A stretch of DNA of 64,000 nucleotides from an uncultured archaeon (lineage in GTDB: Archaea > Aenigmatarchaeota > Aenigmatarchaeia > CG10238-14 > SCSR01). Of the stretch, positions 61,649-64,000 are shown piece after piece. Below the pieces are notes generated by a model that saw only the letters and a program-made list of their open reading frames with translations, was not told the DNA's origin and ran no database searches. Within the stretch, counting starts at the first letter, position 1. The number at the start of each line of letters is the position of its first letter. The stretch is taken from contig CAZEGD010000003.1 of NCBI GenBank assembly GCA_964512235.1, forward strand, positions 101 to 64,100. Reading direction: 5' to 3'. The position numbers and the translations under genes were made by a program.

Positions 61649-61710
61649 ACAATCTTAGCGCAAGCTACATCAAAGAAAGCTTTTAACTTTTCACACACAA
61701 TAATTCTAAT

Positions 61711-62316
61711 ATGGCTAGTAAAGATAGCGTGAAATTAAGACTAAAGTTCTCGCGCAATATGAAGATAGTACTGTTGATTTTTGCACTGGTTATTGTGGGA
61801 GGTCTAATTTATAGTGCGTATAATACTTACCTCTCTCCAAAACCGATAACTGCTTGGAACTATTATGGACAGACTTTAAATTTTCGCGCTGATTTAAGAG
61901 CCGCGGACAAAGTACCAGTATATCCGAGTGAGGATGCAGTCTATCTCGATCTCGTACACGGACTTGCAAAGAATGTGACGATTGTATACAAATACATAGA
62001 CGAGCCAGCAAGTGCAAATGCCTATTATACAGTACAAATCTTCCAAATCATACGAAACATACTTCCAGCATACGAACATGTGTGGAAATTTACACCTAGC
62101 TTCAATTTTACAGAGGTGGATTCATATGAGAACTTGCCAGGAAAGATACAGAACCCGATAATAGCAATAGTGCCGCCTCCTTACTCGGATGAAACTGCAA
62201 TAAGGACAGATTACCATGTCACCTATTTGAAAGCAAAGACGTACGAAGAATTGGATTTAGTCGTTACGAAGCTGTTGATGATTGCACTGAATATAGACTT
62301 GGAAGAGGCTATATAA
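61711..62316 (+). CDS. N-terminally anchored hypothetical protein
   Basis: Basic N-terminus plus the TM segment IVLLIFALVIVGGLIYSAY. No recognised domain. Confidence 0.5.
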   Translation: MASKDSVKLRLKFSRNMKIVLLIFALVIVGGLIYSAYNTYLSPKPITAWNYYGQTLNFRADLRAADKVPVYPSEDAVYLDLVHGLAKNVTIVYKYIDEPASANAYYTVQIFQIIRNILPAYEHVWKFTPSFNFTEVDSYENLPGKIQNPIIAIVPPPYSDETAIRTDYHVTYLKAKTYEELDLVVTKLLMIALNIDLEEAI

Positions 62317-62376
62317 ACCCAGCATTTTTATCCAAAGCATTTGAATATTTAAGTCGAATAATATTTTAGTGATTTT

Positions 62377-63609
62377 ATGATTAAGATACTATTTTTACTT
62401 TCCGTGACGTTTATAGGAATTTACCTAAATGTGTGGTTCCTACTGATAGTTCTTGGTAACAAGTCCAAGATTAGAGAAAAAAAGAAAGTAACAAGACTAC
62501 CTTCAATTTCGATATTGATTCCGGCTTATAATGAAGCTAAGACTTTATATAAAAGCTTGAATTCAGTACTCAAGCTAGACTATCCAAAGAACAAATTGGA
62601 AACGATAGTGATTGACAACGGTTCTACAGACGATACTCTAAAAGTTGCAAAAAAGTTCGCAAGATTCAAAGTGCGCACTTTCAGGCTAGCGGTACGTAGC
62701 AAGACAAAAGCTCTAAATCTAGGATTAAAACATGCAAAGGGTGAGTTAATAGGCGTGCTGGATGCGGACACATTCGTTACCAAAGGATGCCTGAAAAAGA
62801 TGATAGGACACCTTGATGATGACCGTGTCGGAGCAGTAACAAACCATGTAAAAGTTGCATCCCCACACAAGCTACTACCATCCATACAAGAGATAGAATA
62901 TATATTCTCGGCTTTCAGTAAAAAACTGATAAGCCTGATAGGCGCATTGTACATTGTGCCAGGTACGTTGTCTTTGATTAGAAAAGACATTATAGAAAAG
63001 ACAGGCTTTTCTGAAGATACTATAACGGAAGATATGGATATTGCACTCTGTATGTTGAAGAAAGATTATAAAATTGTGAATGCTATCGATGCAATTAGCT
63101 ATACTGAAGTACCAACATCGTTCAGAGGATTGCTCAGGCAGAGGGTGAGATGGTACAGGGGATTCCTACAGAACGTGAGGAAGCACTCAGATATGATTTT
63201 CAACAAAAGATATCCACATTTGGGATGTTTTATACTTCCCTTTTCAAGTTTCTTTGCAATATTTATCGGTGTAGTCCTTACGACTCTTCTAGTCTTTGGC
63301 ATGATTCGGAATGTTTTCTTTTTTGCAAAAGACATCCTTTATATGCCAGTTCTTGAAAAAATCGGTATGAGCATAGGTAATATATCTTTGGTAAATTTCA
63401 TCATGGAACCTTACTCTACGATAACTTATGTTATAATAATCTTGGGATCGTTTATAACACTACTTATATCATTCAGATATTTGAAAATCAAGTTAAAGAA
63501 AAGGCTTATAATCTTGCCACTCTATTTCTTTATTTACTATAACCTCATAATGCTGTTTTGGATAGTTTCAGCCTTCTTGGAATTAATAGGATGGAAGAGA
63601 GAGTGGTGA
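62377..63609 (+). CDS. Processive-type family 2 glycosyltransferase with integral membrane C-terminus
   Basis: ISILIPAYNEAKTL, VIDNGSTDDT, LDADT and QRVRWYRG (the Q-x-x-R-W motif of cellulose/chitin/NodC-like synthases), flanked by TM segments. Confidence 0.8.
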   Translation: MIKILFLLSVTFIGIYLNVWFLLIVLGNKSKIREKKKVTRLPSISILIPAYNEAKTLYKSLNSVLKLDYPKNKLETIVIDNGSTDDTLKVAKKFARFKVRTFRLAVRSKTKALNLGLKHAKGELIGVLDADTFVTKGCLKKMIGHLDDDRVGAVTNHVKVASPHKLLPSIQEIEYIFSAFSKKLISLIGALYIVPGTLSLIRKDIIEKTGFSEDTITEDMDIALCMLKKDYKIVNAIDAISYTEVPTSFRGLLRQRVRWYRGFLQNVRKHSDMIFNKRYPHLGCFILPFSSFFAIFIGVVLTTLLVFGMIRNVFFFAKDILYMPVLEKIGMSIGNISLVNFIMEPYSTITYVIIILGSFITLLISFRYLKIKLKKRLIILPLYFFIYYNLIMLFWIVSAFLELIGWKREW

Positions 63610-63615
63610 AAAATA

Positions 63616-64000
63616 ATGGCCAAGCGTACAAAAAGTGAGAGCACAAATGGCATAAGTCTATATGTGAAGACTTTCATCATTTCAGTGGCGATTTTTTCAT
63701 TCGGACTCATAGTCGGTCTATTCATAGAGAACTTTTTTGTATCCGACCTCTCTGCACGCGCGAGGATAATAGAGAATTCAGTGCGAGAGATAGAGCTTGA
63801 GATGCTTTATTTCCAAGAATTAACAGATACTGAGTCGTGTGGTGCTTTAAATGAAATAGTGAGGACGACGAACAATAACTTGGATACTCTTGCAGGTGAG
63901 CTTACACAATACTCGGAAAAGAATGTGTTATTTACGGGTAGTGAGATAAAAAACGTGAAGACGACATACACATCAATGCTGATAAAAGACTGGTTGTTAC
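63616..64000 (+). CDS. N-terminally anchored hypothetical protein (3' end outside window)
   Basis: GGTGA lies 6 nt before ATG 63616. The frame is open to the window end. MAKRTKSESTNGISLYVKTFIISVAIFSFGLIVGLFI... Confidence 0.55.
   Translation, partial: MAKRTKSESTNGISLYVKTFIISVAIFSFGLIVGLFIENFFVSDLSARARIIENSVREIELEMLYFQELTDTESCGALNEIVRTTNNNLDTLAGELTQYSEKNVLFTGSEIKNVKTTYTSMLIKDWLL

Noticed and set aside
1-64000. CRISPR arrays, IS elements/transposases, integrases, rRNA genes and toxin-antitoxin or known defense-system genes
   Set aside because: I found no regularly spaced direct repeats, no DDE/tyrosine/serine recombinase motifs and no rRNA-like conserved stretches on either strand. Absence is judged by eye only.

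Overview
This is a compact archaeal chromosome segment. Evidence for an archaeal origin: Topo VI A/B, aIF-1A, Alba, tRNA-splicing endonuclease EndA, diphthine synthase, Trm5 and Taw1, S17e, NMD3, an SRP RNA, and 8 tRNAs of which 4 carry introns. Genes are tightly packed and many starts are preceded by GGTGA-type Shine-Dalgarno sequences. The gene content fits a small-genome, possibly host-associated DPANN-like archaeon, but that is an inference; no database search was possible. The dominant feature is a cell-surface island of about 23 kb (about 5.6-29.2 kb). It contains seven paralogous polytopic membrane proteins, two coiled-coil proteins, an ArlI/PilB-type secretion ATPase and an ArlJ/TadC-type membrane platform. 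These are followed by 11-12 consecutive genes with class III (prepilin-like) signal peptides that all share a K-G cleavage-type motif, most of them Cys-rich. The series ends in a 1139-aa pilin-anchored Cys-rich protein with poly-Thr linkers, and a convergent 685-aa zinc-ribbon/TM/ectodomain protein follows. Other content: an e2b2-rbcL(form III)-deoA AMP-salvage operon; an S-layer-like gene with a processive-type GT2; AMMECR1 plus an AmmeMemoRadiSam-type radical SAM enzyme; endonuclease Q; an S16 Lon-like protease next to a catalytically degenerate M50-like protein; and an acyl/acetyl-CoA synthetase. Smaller observations: a conserved box C/D-like core shared by the tRNA-Trp and tRNA-Leu(CAA) introns; a non-canonical intron position in tRNA-Thr(CGU); a three-arm palindromic element present in two intergenic regions; a tRNA-Val 3' fragment repeat flanking an AT-rich phosphatase gene; and several ORF-track entries that are artefactually extended across tRNA genes. 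I saw no CRISPR array, IS element, integrase or rRNA gene.
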